The notes under the pieces: generated by a model
Database searches by the model: none
The model's input: the letters and a program-made list of their open reading frames with translations, nothing else
Told to the model about the DNA's origin: nothing
Assembly: GCF_009914755.1 (NCBI RefSeq)
Contig: NC_060937.1
Strand: one strand, 5' to 3'
DNA length: 64,000 bases
DNA from: the human T2T-CHM13v2.0 reference genome, Homo sapiens
Shown here: positions 11,793 through 25,100 of the stretch, piece after piece
How the letters are laid out: each line of letters starts with the position of its first letter
Position numbering within the stretch: position 1 is the stretch's first letter
Position numbers and translations under genes: made by a program

Positions 11793-14700
11793 GGTTCCAC
11801 TCTGTTAGCTGAGTACACACATCACAAACTTGTTTCTCAGAATCCTTCTGTCTCGTTTTTCTGGGAAGATATTTACTTTTTCACCGTAGGCATCAAAGCG
11901 CTCCAAATGTCCACATCCAGATACTCCAGAAAGAGTGTTTCAAACCTGCTCTATGAAAGGGAATCTTCAACTCTATGAGTTGAATGCAGACATCAGAAAG
12001 AAATTTCTGAGAATGCTGCTGTCTACCTTTTATTTGAATTCCCGCTTCCAACGAAATCCTCCAAGCTATCCAAATATCCACTTGCAGATTCCACAAAAAG
12101 AGTGTTTCAAAACTGCTCTCTATCAATGGCAAAGTTCAACTCTGTTAGTTGAGGACACATATCACCAACAAGTTTCTGAGAATGCTTCTGTCTATTTTTT
12201 ATGGGAAGATATTTCCTTTTTCACCGTAGGCGTCAAGGCGATCGAAATGTCCACTTCCACAAACTACAAAAAGAGTGTTTCAAACCTGCTCTATGAAAGG
12301 CCATGTTCATCTCTATGAGTCGAATGGAAATATCCGAAAGAAATTTCTGGGAATGCTGCTGTCTAGTTTTTATACGAATTCCCGCTTCCAACGAAATCCT
12401 CAAAGCAATCCAAATATCCACTTGCAGAATCCACAAAAAGAGTGTTTCAAAACTGCTCTATCAATAGAAAGGTTCAACTCTTTTAGTTGAGTACACACAT
12501 CACAAACAAGTTTCTGAGAATGCTTCTGTCTGGCTTTTATTGGAAGACGTTTCCTTTTCACCAAAGGCATCAAAGCGCTCCAAATGTCCACTTCCAGATT
12601 CTTCCAAAAGAGTGTTTGAAACGTGCTCAAAGTAAGGGAATGTTCAACTCTGTGACTTGAATGCAGATATCACCAAGTAGTTTCTAATAGTGCTTCTGTC
12701 TAGATTTTAGATGATGATATTCCCGTTTCCAACGAAATCGTTAGAGCTATCCAAATATCCACTTACAGTTGCTACAAAAACAGTGTTTCCAAACTGCTGC
12801 ATCAAAAGAAAGGTTCAACTCTGTTAGTTGAGGACACACGTCACAAAGAAGTTTGTGAGAATGCTTCTGTCTAGATTTTGTATGACGATATTCCCTTTTC
12901 CAACGATATCGTTAAAGCAATCTAAATATCCATTTGCAGAATCCACAAAAATAGAGTTTCAAAGCTGCTCTGTAAAAAGAAAGGTTCCACTCTGTTAGCT
13001 GAGTACACACATCACAAACTTGTTTCTCAGAATCCTTCTGTCTCGTTTTTCTGGGAAGATATTTACTTTTTCACCGTAGGCATCAAAGCGCTCCAAATGT
13101 CCACATCCAGATACTCCAGAAAGAGTGTTTCAAACCTGCTCTATGAAAGGGAATCTTCAACTCTATGAGTTGAATGCAGACATCAGAAAGAAATTTCTGA
13201 GAATGCTGCTGTCTACCTTTTATTTGAATTCCCGCTTCCAACGAAATCCTCCAAGCTATCCAAATATCCACTTGCAGATTCCACAAAAAGAGTGTTTCAA
13301 AACTGCTCTCTATCAATGGCAAAGTTCAACTCTGTTAGTTGAGGACACATATCACCAACAAGTTTCTGAGAATGCTTCTGTCTATTTTTTATGGGAAGAT
13401 ATTTCCTTTTTCACCGTAGGCGTCAAGGCGATCGAAATGTCCACTTCCACAAACTACAAAAAGAGTGTTTCAAACCTGCTCTATGAAAGGCCATGTTCAT
13501 CTCTATGAGTCGAATGGAAATATCCGAAAGAAATTTCTGGGAATGCTGCTGTCTAGTTTTTATACGAATTCCCGCTTCCAACGAAATCCTCAAAGCAATC
13601 CAAATATCCACTTGCAGAATCCACAAAAAGAGTGTTTCAAAACTGCTCTATCAATAGAAAGGTTCAACTCTTTTAGTTGAGTACACACATCACAAACAAG
13701 TTTCTGAGAATGCTTCTGTCTGGCTTTTATTGGAAGACGTTTCCTTTTCACCAAAGGCATCAAAGCGCTCCAAATGTCCACTTCCAGATTCTTCCAAAAG
13801 AGTGTTTGAAACGTGCCCAAAGTAAGGGAATGTTCAACTCTGTGACTTGAATGCAGATATCACCAAGTAGTTTCTAATAGTGCTTCTGTCTAGATTTTAG
13901 ATGATGATATTCCCGTTTCCAACGAAATCGTTAGAGCTATCCAAATATCCACTTACAGTTTCTACAAAAAGAGTGTTTCCAAACTGCTGCATCAAAAGAA
14001 AGGTTCAACTCTGTTAGTTGAGGACACACATCACAAAGAAGTTTGTGAGAATGCTTCTGTCTAGATTTTGTATGACCATATTCCCTTTCCCAGCGATATC
14101 ATTAAAGCAATCTAAATATCCATTTGCAGAATCCACAAAAATAGAGTTTCAAAGCTGCTCTGTAAAAAGAAAGGTTCCACTCTGTTAGCTGAGTACACAC
14201 ATCACAAACTTGTTTCTGAGAATCCTTCTGTCTCGTTTTTATGGGAAGATATTTACTTTTTCACCGTAGGCATCAAAGCGCTCCAAATGTCCACATCCAG
14301 ATACTCCAGAAAGAGTGTTTCAAACCTGCTCTATGAAAGGGAATCTTCAACTCTATGAGTTGAATGCAGACATCAGAAAGAAATTTCTGAGAATGCTGCT
14401 GTCTACCTTTTATTTGAACTCCCGCTTCCAACGAAATCCTCCAAGCTATCCAAATATCCACTTGCATTTTCCACAAAAAGAGTGCTTCAAAACTGCTCTA
14501 TCAATAAATGTTCAACTCCTTTAGCTGGGTGCACACATCACAAACAAGTTTCTGAGAATGCTTCTGTCTAGTTTTTATGGGAAGACATTCCCTTTTTCAC
14601 CAAAGGCATCAAAGCGCTCCAAATGTCCACTTCCAGACACTACAAAAAGAGTGTTTCCAACGTGCTCTAAGAAAGCGAATGTTCAACTCTGTGACTTGAA

Positions 14701-17700
14701 TGCAGATATCACAAAGTAGTTTCTGAGAGGGCTTCTGTCTAGATTTTAGATGATGATATTCCCGTTTCCAACGAAATCATTAGAGCTATCCAAATATCCA
14801 CTTACAGTTTCTACAAAAAGAGTGTTTCCAAACTGCTGCATCAAAAGAGAGGTTCCACTCTGTTAGCTGAGTACACACATCACAAACTTGTTTCTGAGAA
14901 TCCTTCTGTGTCGTTTTTCTGGGAAGATATTTACTTTTTCACCGTAGGCATCAAAGCGCTCCAAATGTCCACATCCAGATACTCCAGAAAGAGTGTTTCA
15001 AACCTGCTCTATGAAAGGGAATCTTCAACTCTATGAGTTGAATGCAGACATCAGAAAGAAATTTCTGAGAATGCTGCTGTCTACCTTTTATTTGAATTCC
15101 CGCTTCCAACGAAATCCTCCAAGCTATCCAAATATCCACTTGCAGATTCCACAAAAAGAGTGTTTCAAAACTGCTCTCTATCAATGGCAAAGTTCAACTC
15201 TGTTAGTTGAGGACACATATCACCAACAAGTTTCTGAGAATGCTTCTGTCTATTTTTTATGGGAAGATATTTCCTTTTTCACCGTAGGCGTCAAGGCGAT
15301 CGAAATGTCCACTTCCACAAACTACAAAAAGAGTGTTTCAAACCTGCTCTATGAAAGGCCATGTTCATCTCTATGAGTCGAATGGAAATATCCGAAAGAA
15401 ATTTCTGGGAATGCTGCTGTCTAGTTTTTATACGAATTCCCGCTTCCAACGAAATCCTCAAAGCAATCCAAATATCCACTTGCAGAATCCACAAAAAGAG
15501 TGTTTCAAAACTGCTCTATCAATAGAAAGGTTCAACTCTTTTAGTTGAGTACACACATCACAAACAAGTTTCTGAGAATGCTTCTGTCTGGCTTTTATTG
15601 GAAGACGTTTCCTTTTCACCAAAGGCATCAAAGCGCTCCAAATGTCCACTTCCAGATTCTTCCAAAAGAGTGTTTGAAACGTGCTCAAAGTAAGGGAATG
15701 TTCAACTCTGTGACTTGAATGCAGATATCACCAAGTAGTTTCTAATAGTGCTTCTGTCTAGATTTTAGATGATGATATTCCCGTTTCCAACGAAATCGTT
15801 AGAGCTATCCAAATATCCACTTACAGTTGCTACAAAAACAGTGTTTCCAAACTGCTGCATCAAAAGAAAGGTTCAACTCTGTTAGTTGAGGACACACGTC
15901 ACAAAGAAGTTTGTGAGAATGCTTCTGTCTAGATTTTGTATGACGATATTCCCTTTTCCAACGATATCGTTAAAGCAATCTAAATATCCATTTGCAGAAT
16001 CCACAAAAATAGAGTTTCAAAGCTGCTCTGTAAAAAGAAAGGTTCCACTCTGTTAGCTGAGTACACACATCACAAACTTGTTTCTCAGAATCCTTCTGTC
16101 TCGTTTTTCTGGGAAGATATTTACTTTTTCACCGTAGGCATCAAAGCGCTCCAAATGTCCACATCCAGATACTCCAGAAAGAGTGTTTCAAACCTGCTCT
16201 ATGAAAGGGAATCTTCAACTCTATGAGTTGAATGCAGACATCAGAAAGAAATTTCTGAGAATGCTGCTGTCTACCTTTTATTTGAATTCCCGCTTCCAAC
16301 GAAATCCTCCAAGCTATCCAAATATCCACTTGCAGATTCCACAAAAAGAGTGTTTCAAAACTGCTCTCTATCAATGGCAAAGTTCAACTCTGTTAGTTGA
16401 GGACACATAACACCAACAAGTTTCTGAGAATGCTTCTGTCTATTTTTTATGGGAAGATATTTCCTTTTTCACCGTAGGCGTCAAGGCGATCAAAATGTCC
16501 ACTTCCACAAACTACAAAAAGAGTGTTTCAAACCTGCTCTATGAAAGGCCATGTTCATCTCTATGAGTCGAATGGAAATATCCGAAAGAAATTTCTGGGA
16601 ATGCTGCTGTCTAGTTTTTATACGAATTCCCGCTTCCAACGAAATCCTCAAAGCAATCCAAATATCCACTTGCAGAATCCACAAAAAGAGTGTTTCAAAA
16701 CTGCTCTATCAATAGAAAGGTTCAACTCTTTTAGTTGAGTACACACATCACAAACAAGTTTCTGAGAATGCTTCTGTCTGGCTTTTATTGGAAGACGTTT
16801 CCTTTTCACCAAAGGCATCAAAGCGCTCCAAATGTCCACTTCCAGATTCTTCCAAAAGAGTGTTTGAAACGTGCTCAAAGTAAGGGAATGTTCAACTCTG
16901 TGACTTGAATGCAGATATCACCAAGTAGTTTCTAATAGTGCTTCTGTCTAGATTTTAGATGATGATATTCCCGTTTCCAACGAAATCGTTAGAGCTATCC
17001 AAATATCCACTTATAGTTGCTACAAAAACAGTGTTTCCAAACTGCTGCATCAAAAGAAAGGTTCAACTCTGTTAGTTGAGGACACACGTCACAAAGAAGT
17101 TTGTGAGAATGCTTCTGTCTAGATTTTGTATGACGATATTCCCTTTTCCAACGATATCGTTAAAGCAATCTAAATATCCATTTGCAGAATCCACAAAAAT
17201 AGAGTTTCAAAGCTGCTCTGTAAAAAGAAAGGTTCCACTCTGTTAGCTGAGTACACACATCACAAACTTGTTTCTCAGAATCCTTCTGTCTCGTTTTTCT
17301 GGGAAGATATTTACTTTTTCACCGTAGGCATCAAAGCGCTCCAAATGTCCACATCCAGATACTCCAGAAAGAGTGTTTCAAACCTGCTCTATGAAAGGGA
17401 ATCTTCAACTCTATGAGTTGAATGCAGACATCAGAAAGAAATTTCTGAGAATGCTGCTGTCTACCTTTTATTTGAATTCCCGCTTCCAACGAAATCCTCC
17501 AAGCTATCCAAATATCCACTTGCAGATTCCACAAAAAGAGTGTTTCAAAACTGCTCTCTATCAATGGCAAAGTTCAACTCTGTTAGTTGAGGACACATAT
17601 CACCAACAAGTTTCTGAGAATGCTTCTGTCTATTTTTTATGGGAAGATATTTCCTTTTTCACCGTAGGCGTCAAGGCGATCGAAATGTCCACTTCCACAA

Positions 17701-20076
17701 ACTACAAAAAGAGTGTTTCAAACCTGCTCTATGAAAGGCCATGTTCATCTCTATGAGTCGAATGGAAATATCCGAAAGAAATTTCTGGGAATGCTGCTGT
17801 CTAGTTTTTATACGAATTCCCGCTTCCAACGAAATCCTCAAAGCAATCCAAATATCCACTTGCAGAATCCACAAAAAGAGTGTTTCAAAACTGCTCTATC
17901 AATAGAAAGGTTCAACTCTTTTAGTTGAGTACACACATCACAAACAAGTTTCTGAGAATGCTTCTGTCTGGCTTTTATTGGAAGACGTTTCCTTTTCACC
18001 AAAGGCATCAAAGCGCTCCAAATGTCCACTTCCAGATTCTTCCAAAAGAGTGTTTGAAACGTGCCCAAAGTAAGGGAATGTTCAACTCTGTGACTTGAAT
18101 GCAGATATCACCAAGTAGTTTCTAATAGTGCTTCTGTCTAGATTTTAGATGATGATATTCCCGTTTCCAACGAAATCGTTAGAGCTATCCAAATATCCAC
18201 TTACAGTTTCTACAAAAAGAGTGTTTCCAAACTGCTGCATCAAAAGAAAGGTTCAACTCTGTTAGTTGAGGACACACATCACAAAGAAGTTTGTGAGAAT
18301 GCTTCTGTCTAGATTTTGTATGACCATATTCCCTTTCCCAGCGATATCATTAAAGCAATCTAAATATCCATTTGCAGAATCCACAAAAATAGAGTTTCAA
18401 AGCTGCTCTGTAAAAAGAAAGGTTCCACTCTGTTAGCTGAGTACACACATCACAAACTTGTTTCTGAGAATCCTTCTGTCTCGTTTTTATGGGAAGATAT
18501 TTACTTTTTCACCGTAGGCATCAAAGCGCTCCAAATGTCCACATCCAGATACTCCAGAAAGAGTGTTTCAAACCTGCTCTATGAAAGGGAATCTTCAACT
18601 CTATGAGTTGAATGCAGACATCAGAAAGAAATTTCTGAGAATGCTGCTGTCTACCTTTTATTTGAACTCCCGCTTCCAACGAAATCCTCCAAGCTATCCA
18701 AATATCCACTTGCATTTTCCACAAAAAGAGTGCTTCAAAACTGCTCTATCAATAAATGTTCAACTCCTTTAGCTGGGTGCACACATCACAAACAAGTTTC
18801 TGAGAATGCTTCTGTCTAGTTTTTATGGGAAGACATTCCCTTTTTCACCAAAGGCATCAAAGCGCTCCAAATGTCCACTTCCAGACACTACAAAAAGAGT
18901 GTTTCCAACGTGCTCTAAGAAAGCGAATGTTCAACTCTGTGACTTGAATACAGATATCACAAAGTAGTTTCTGAGAGGGCTTCTGTCTAGATTTTAGATG
19001 ATGATATTCCCGTTTCCAACGAAATCATTAGAGCTATCCAAATATCCACTTACAGTTTCTACAAAAAGAGTGTTTCCAAACTGCTGCATCAAAAGAGAGG
19101 TTCCACTCTGTTAGCTGAGTACACACATCACAAACTTGTTTCTGAGAATCCTTCTGTGTCGTTTTTCTGGGAAGATATTTACTTTTTCACCGTAGGCATC
19201 AAAGCGCTCCAAATGTCCACATCCAGATACTCCAGAAAGAGTGTTTCAAACCTGCTCTATGAAAGGGAATCTTCAACTCTATGAGTTGAATGCAGACATC
19301 AGAAAGAAATTTCTGAGAATGCTGCTGTCTACCTTTTATTTGAATTCCCGCTTCCAACGAAATCCTCCAAGCTATCCAAATATCCACTTGCAGATTCCAC
19401 AAAAAGAGTGTTTCAAAACTGCTCTCTATCAATGGCAAAGTTCAACTCTGTTAGTTGAGGACACATATCACCAACAAGTTTCTGAGAATGCTTCTGTCTA
19501 TTTTTTATGGGAAGATATTTCCTTTTTCACCGTAGGCGTCAAGGCGATCGAAATGTCCACTTCCACAAACTACAAAAAGAGTGTTTCAAACCTGCTCTAT
19601 GAAAGGCCATGTTCATCTCTATGAGTCGAATGGAAATATCCGAAAGAAATTTCTGGGAATGCTGCTGTCTAGTTTTTATACGAATTCCCGCTTCCAACGA
19701 AATCCTCAAAGCAATCCAAATATCCACTTGCAGAATCCACAAAAAGAGTGTTTCAAAACTGCTCTATCAATAGAAAGGTTCAACTCTTTTAGTTGAGTAC
19801 ACACATCACAAACAAGTTTCTGAGAATGCTTCTGTCTGGCTTTTATTGGAAGACGTTTCCTTTTCACCAAAGGCATCAAAGCGCTCCAAATGTCCACTTC
19901 CAGATTCTTCCAAAAGAGTGTTTGAAACGTGCTCAAAGTAAGGGAATGTTCAACTCTGTGACTTGAATGCAGATATCACCAAGTAGTTTCTAATAGTGCT
20001 TCTGTCTAGATTTTAGATGATGATATTCCCGTTTCCAACGAAATCGTTAGAGCTATCCAAATATCCACTTACAGTT
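11793..20076. repeat. Copy 1 of an ~8.3 kb multi-HOR duplication (copy 2 at ~22157-30440)
   Basis: Same HOR order and five rare variants recur at an offset of exactly 10364 bp. Confidence 0.85.
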
Positions 20077-22156
20077 TCTACAAAAAGAGTGTTTCCAAAC
20101 TGCTGCATCAAAAGAAAGGTTCAACTCTGTTAGTTGAGGACACACATCACAAAGAAGTTTGTGAGAATGCTTCTGTCTAGATTTTGTATGACCATATTCC
20201 CTTTCCTAGCGATATCATTAAAGCAATCTAAATATCCATTTGCAGAATCCACAAAAATAGAGTTTCAAAGCTGCTCTGTAAAAAGAAAGGTTCCACTCTG
20301 TTAGCTGAGTACACACATCACAAACTTGTTTCTGAGAATCCTTCTGTCTCGTTTTTATGGGAAGATATTTACTTTTTCACCGTAGGCATCAAAGCGCTCC
20401 AAATGTCCACATCCAGATACTCCAGAAAGAGTGTTTCAAACCTGCTCTATGAAAGGGAATCTTCAACTCTATGAGTTGAATGCAGACATCAGAAAGAAAT
20501 TTCTGAGAATGCTGCTGTCTACCTTTTATTTGAACTCCCGCTTCCAACGAAATCCTCCAAGCTATCCAAATATCCACTTGCATTTTCCACAAAAAGAGTG
20601 CTTCAAAACTGCTCTATCAATAAATGTTCAACTCCTTTAGCTGGGTGCACACATCACAAACAAGTTTCTGAGAATGCTTCTGTCTAGTTTTTATGGGAAG
20701 ACATTCCCTTTTTCACCAAAGGCATCAAAGCGCTCCAAATGTCCACTTCCAGACACTACAAAAAGAGTGTTTCCAACGTGCTCTAAGAAAGCGAATGTTC
20801 AACTCTGTGACTTGAATGCAGATATCACAAAGTAGTTTCTGAGAGGGCTTCTGTCTAGATTTTAGATGATGATATTCCCGTTTCCAACGAAATCATTAGA
20901 GCTATCCAAATATCCACTTACAGTTTCTACAAAAAGAGTGTTTCCAAACTGCTGCATCAAAAGAGAGGTTCCACTCTGTTAGCTGAGTACACACATCACA
21001 AACTTGTTTCTGAGAATCCTTCTGTGTCGTTTTTCTGGGAAGATATTTACTTTTTCACCGTAGGCATCAAAGCGCTCCAAATGTCCACATCCAGATACTC
21101 CAGAAAGAGTGTTTCAAACCTGCTCTATGAAAGGGAATCTTCAACTCTATGAGTTGAATGCAGACATCAGAAAGAAATTTCTGAGAATGCTGCTGTCTAC
21201 CTTTTATTTGAATTCCCGCTTCCAACGAAATCCTCCAAGCTATCCAAATATCCACTTGCAGATTCCACAAAAAGAGTGTTTCAAAACTGCTCTCTATCAA
21301 TGGCAAAGTTCAACTCTGTTAGTTGAGGACACATATCACCAACAAGTTTCTGAGAATGCTTCTGTCTATTTTTTATGGGAAGATATTTCCTTTTTCACCG
21401 TAGGCGTCAAGGCGATCGAAATGTCCACTTCCACAAACTACAAAAAGAGTGTTTCAAACCTGCTCTATGAAAGGCCATGTTCATCTCTATGAGTCGAATG
21501 GAAATATCCGAAAGAAATTTCTGGGAATGCTGCTGTCTAGTTTTTATACGAATTCCCGCTTCCAACGAAATCCTCAAAGCAATCCAAATATCCACTTGCA
21601 GAATCCACAAAAAGAGTGTTTCAAAACTGCTCTATCAATAGAAAGGTTCAACTCTTTTAGTTGAGTACACACATCACAAACAAGTTTCTGAGAATGCTTC
21701 TGTCTGGCTTTTATTGGAAGACGTTTCCTTTTCACCAAAGGCATCAAAGCGCTCCAAATGTCCACTTCCAGATTCTTCCAAAAGAGTGTTTGAAACGTGC
21801 TCAAAGTAAGGGAATGTTCAACTCTGTGACTTGAATGCAGATATCACCAAGTAGTTTCTAATAGTGCTTCTGTCTAGATTTTAGATGATGATATTCCCGT
21901 TTCCAACGAAATCGTTAGAGCTATCCAAATATCCACTTACAGTTGCTACAAAAACAGTGTTTCCAAACTGCTGCATCAAAAGAAAGGTTCAACTCTGTTA
22001 GTTGAGGACACACGTCACAAAGAAGTTTGTGAGAATGCTTCTGTCTAGATTTTGTATGACGATATTCCCTTTTCCAACGATATCGTTAAAGCAATCTAAA
22101 TATCCATTTGCAGAATCCACAAAAATAGAGTTTCAAAGCTGCTCTGTAAAAAGAAA

Positions 22157-25100
22157 GGTTCCACTCTGTTAGCTGAGTACACACATCACAAACTTGTTTC
22201 TCAGAATCCTTCTGTCTCGTTTTTCTGGGAAGATATTTACTTTTTCACCGTAGGCATCAAAGCGCTCCAAATGTCCACATCCAGATACTCCAGAAAGAGT
22301 GTTTCAAACCTGCTCTATGAAAGGGAATCTTCAACTCTATGAGTTGAATGCAGACATCAGAAAGAAATTTCTGAGAATGCTGCTGTCTACCTTTTATTTG
22401 AATTCCCGCTTCCAACGAAATCCTCCAAGCTATCCAAATATCCACTTGCAGATTCCACAAAAAGAGTGTTTCAAAACTGCTCTCTATCAATGGCAAAGTT
22501 CAACTCTGTTAGTTGAGGACACATATCACCAACAAGTTTCTGAGAATGCTTCTGTCTATTTTTTATGGGAAGATATTTCCTTTTTCACCGTAGGCGTCAA
22601 GGCGATCGAAATGTCCACTTCCACAAACTACAAAAAGAGTGTTTCAAACCTGCTCTATGAAAGGCCATGTTCATCTCTATGAGTCGAATGGAAATATCCG
22701 AAAGAAATTTCTGGGAATGCTGCTGTCTAGTTTTTATACGAATTCCCGCTTCCAACGAAATCCTCAAAGCAATCCAAATATCCACTTGCAGAATCCACAA
22801 AAAGAGTGTTTCAAAACTGCTCTATCAATAGAAAGGTTCAACTCTTTTAGTTGAGTACACACATCACAAACAAGTTTCTGAGAATGCTTCTGTCTGGCTT
22901 TTATTGGAAGACGTTTCCTTTTCACCAAAGGCATCAAAGCGCTCCAAATGTCCACTTCCAGATTCTTCCAAAAGAGTGTTTGAAACGTGCTCAAAGTAAG
23001 GGAATGTTCAACTCTGTGACTTGAATGCAGATATCACCAAGTAGTTTCTAATAGTGCTTCTGTCTAGATTTTAGATGATGATATTCCCGTTTCCAACGAA
23101 ATCGTTAGAGCTATCCAAATATCCACTTACAGTTGCTACAAAAACAGTGTTTCCAAACTGCTGCATCAAAAGAAAGGTTCAACTCTGTTAGTTGAGGACA
23201 CACGTCACAAAGAAGTTTGTGAGAATGCTTCTGTCTAGATTTTGTATGACGATATTCCCTTTTCCAACGATATCGTTAAAGCAATCTAAATATCCATTTG
23301 CAGAATCCACAAAAATAGAGTTTCAAAGCTGCTCTGTAAAAAGAAAGGTTCCACTCTGTTAGCTGAGTACACACATCACAAACTTGTTTCTCAGAATCCT
23401 TCTGTCTCGTTTTTCTGGGAAGATATTTACTTTTTCACCGTAGGCATCAAAGCGCTCCAAATGTCCACATCCAGATACTCCAGAAAGAGTGTTTCAAACC
23501 TGCTCTATGAAAGGGAATCTTCAACTCTATGAGTTGAATGCAGACATCAGAAAGAAATTTCTGAGAATGCTGCTGTCTACCTTTTATTTGAATTCCCGCT
23601 TCCAACGAAATCCTCCAAGCTATCCAAATATCCACTTGCAGATTCCACAAAAAGAGTGTTTCAAAACTGCTCTCTATCAATGGCAAAGTTCAACTCTGTT
23701 AGTTGAGGACACATATCACCAACAAGTTTCTGAGAATGCTTCTGTCTATTTTTTATGGGAAGATATTTCCTTTTTCACCGTAGGCGTCAAGGCGATCGAA
23801 ATGTCCACTTCCACAAACTACAAAAAGAGTGTTTCAAACCTGCTCTATGAAAGGCCATGTTCATCTCTATGAGTCGAATGGAAATATCCGAAAGAAATTT
23901 CTGGGAATGCTGCTGTCTAGTTTTTATACGAATTCCCGCTTCCAACGAAATCCTCAAAGCAATCCAAATATCCACTTGCAGAATCCACAAAAAGAGTGTT
24001 TCAAAACTGCTCTATCAATAGAAAGGTTCAACTCTTTTAGTTGAGTACACACATCACAAACAAGTTTCTGAGAATGCTTCTGTCTGGCTTTTATTGGAAG
24101 ACGTTTCCTTTTCACCAAAGGCATCAAAGCGCTCCAAATGTCCACTTCCAGATTCTTCCAAAAGAGTGTTTGAAACGTGCCCAAAGTAAGGGAATGTTCA
24201 ACTCTGTGACTTGAATGCAGATATCACCAAGTAGTTTCTAATAGTGCTTCTGTCTAGATTTTAGATGATGATATTCCCGTTTCCAACGAAATCGTTAGAG
24301 CTATCCAAATATCCACTTACAGTTTCTACAAAAAGAGTGTTTCCAAACTGCTGCATCAAAAGAAAGGTTCAACTCTGTTAGTTGAGGACACACATCACAA
24401 AGAAGTTTGTGAGAATGCTTCTGTCTAGATTTTGTATGACCATATTCCCTTTCCCAGCGATATCATTAAAGCAATCTAAATATCCATTTGCAGAATCCAC
24501 AAAAATAGAGTTTCAAAGCTGCTCTGTAAAAAGAAAGGTTCCACTCTGTTAGCTGAGTACACACATCACAAACTTGTTTCTGAGAATCCTTCTGTCTCGT
24601 TTTTATGGGAAGATATTTACTTTTTCACCGTAGGCATCAAAGCGCTCCAAATGTCCACATCCAGATACTCCAGAAAGAGTGTTTCAAACCTGCTCTATGA
24701 AAGGGAATCTTCAACTCTATGAGTTGAATGCAGACATCAGAAAGAAATTTCTGAGAATGCTGCTGTCTACCTTTTATTTGAACTCCCGCTTCCAACGAAA
24801 TCCTCCAAGCTATCCAAATATCCACTTGCATTTTCCACAAAAAGAGTGCTTCAAAACTGCTCTATCAATAAATGTTCAACTCCTTTAGCTGGGTGCACAC
24901 ATCACAAACAAGTTTCTGAGAATGCTTCTGTCTAGTTTTTATGGGAAGACATTCCCTTTTTCACCAAAGGCATCAAAGCGCTCCAAATGTCCACTTCCAG
25001 ACACTACAAAAAGAGTGTTTCCAACGTGCTCTAAGAAAGCGAATGTTCAACTCTGTGACTTGAATGCAGATATCACAAAGTAGTTTCTGAGAGGGCTTCT

